The notes under the pieces: model-generated
Databases searched by the model: none
Seen by the model: only the letters and a program-made list of their open reading frames with translations
Told to the model about the DNA's origin: nothing
Part shown: positions 63,331 through 64,000 of the stretch, in pieces
Layout of the letters: each line of letters begins with the position of its first letter
Numbering within the stretch: the stretch's first letter is position 1
Program-made: the position numbers and the translations under genes
Source of the DNA: Marsupella aquatica
Lineage: Eukaryota > Plantae > Marchantiophyta
Direction: 5' to 3'
DNA: 64,000 nt
NCBI GenBank assembly: GCA_973895155.1
Contig: OZ316898.1
Span: 2,703,927 to 2,767,926, forward strand

Positions 63331-64000
63331 TTTCACTGCAATCGAGGTCGTCGAAAGTGATAATAGAACCGATAGTCACGGATCGATTGGGTGGCGACCA
63401 AAAGTCAGAATGCAGTCGAAAGATCGTCCCATAGCAATATTGGAGAATTTGTTTATTTCATCGCGTTATCTTTACATGTAGTGTTCAGGAACTTGAAAGG
63501 CATCCAACACACGACGAAACGACTAGATGGTGGCCGCGAAGTACAGTAACATACCGGACTATGCTTCTATATATGAAGTACGTTGGGGGTCAGGTTGTTT
63601 CAAATCACCATAAACTGTGCCAATCTACTCTATCTGAGTAGCTAACAGTTTACCGAAACCCCAACTCGCGTGTCTTCCGGATACTCGTGGCTAGGGTCTC
63701 CTCGGTCGATAGTATGAGCAGACTGAGCTTTCCAGGTCCAACGCTTGAAGAACGTCGACCATCTCTGCTCACACACTGCATATAACGTGGTCATAGGGCA
63801 ATCCTACGCCAGCTCGAGTATTGCGCCAATACGAGGGCGAGGCACCTGGCAGTGTCGAGGAAGGACGGCGTAACGTAGTGGAGAATGAAAATTGAACATC
63901 GTATAGAGGCTCGAAACGGATCACCGAATGACCTTCGGTAAGTGAGAACAATTCTATCCCGAGCCCATTGAAGCCGGCCAGAGATACTGATCCAACCCTC

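Overview
Land-plant nuclear DNA (spliceosomal introns, plant TE families; the gene content suggests a bryophyte such as a liverwort, but that is inference). 402-10681 is a complete CACTA (En/Spm) DNA transposon with CACTAGTA TIRs and a TTT target-site duplication, inserted in frame into a proline-rich ORF. It carries a decayed TnpD-type transposase (+), a decayed TnpA-like gene (-) and, unexpectedly, an uninterrupted SET-domain ORF. The SET ORF lies between the transposase's N-terminal zinc-binding exon and its catalytic exons, and its splice sites are in phase, so the zinc exon could be joined to either SET or transposase. This is the best candidate for a novel system: a transposon-borne lysine methyltransferase. 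Next come a 3'-truncated Ty1/copia element (12191-16916, -), two tandem 3-exon 2-oxoglutarate/Fe(II) dioxygenases, an intronless cytoplasmic RLK-type pseudokinase, three intronless MBOAT wax-synthase-type acyltransferases, a small secreted Cys-rich ORF, several MITEs and foldback elements, tandem repeats and a ~1 kb inverted repeat pair about 22 kb apart. No database searches were run. Domain calls come from motifs recognised by eye, and repeat boundaries are approximate.
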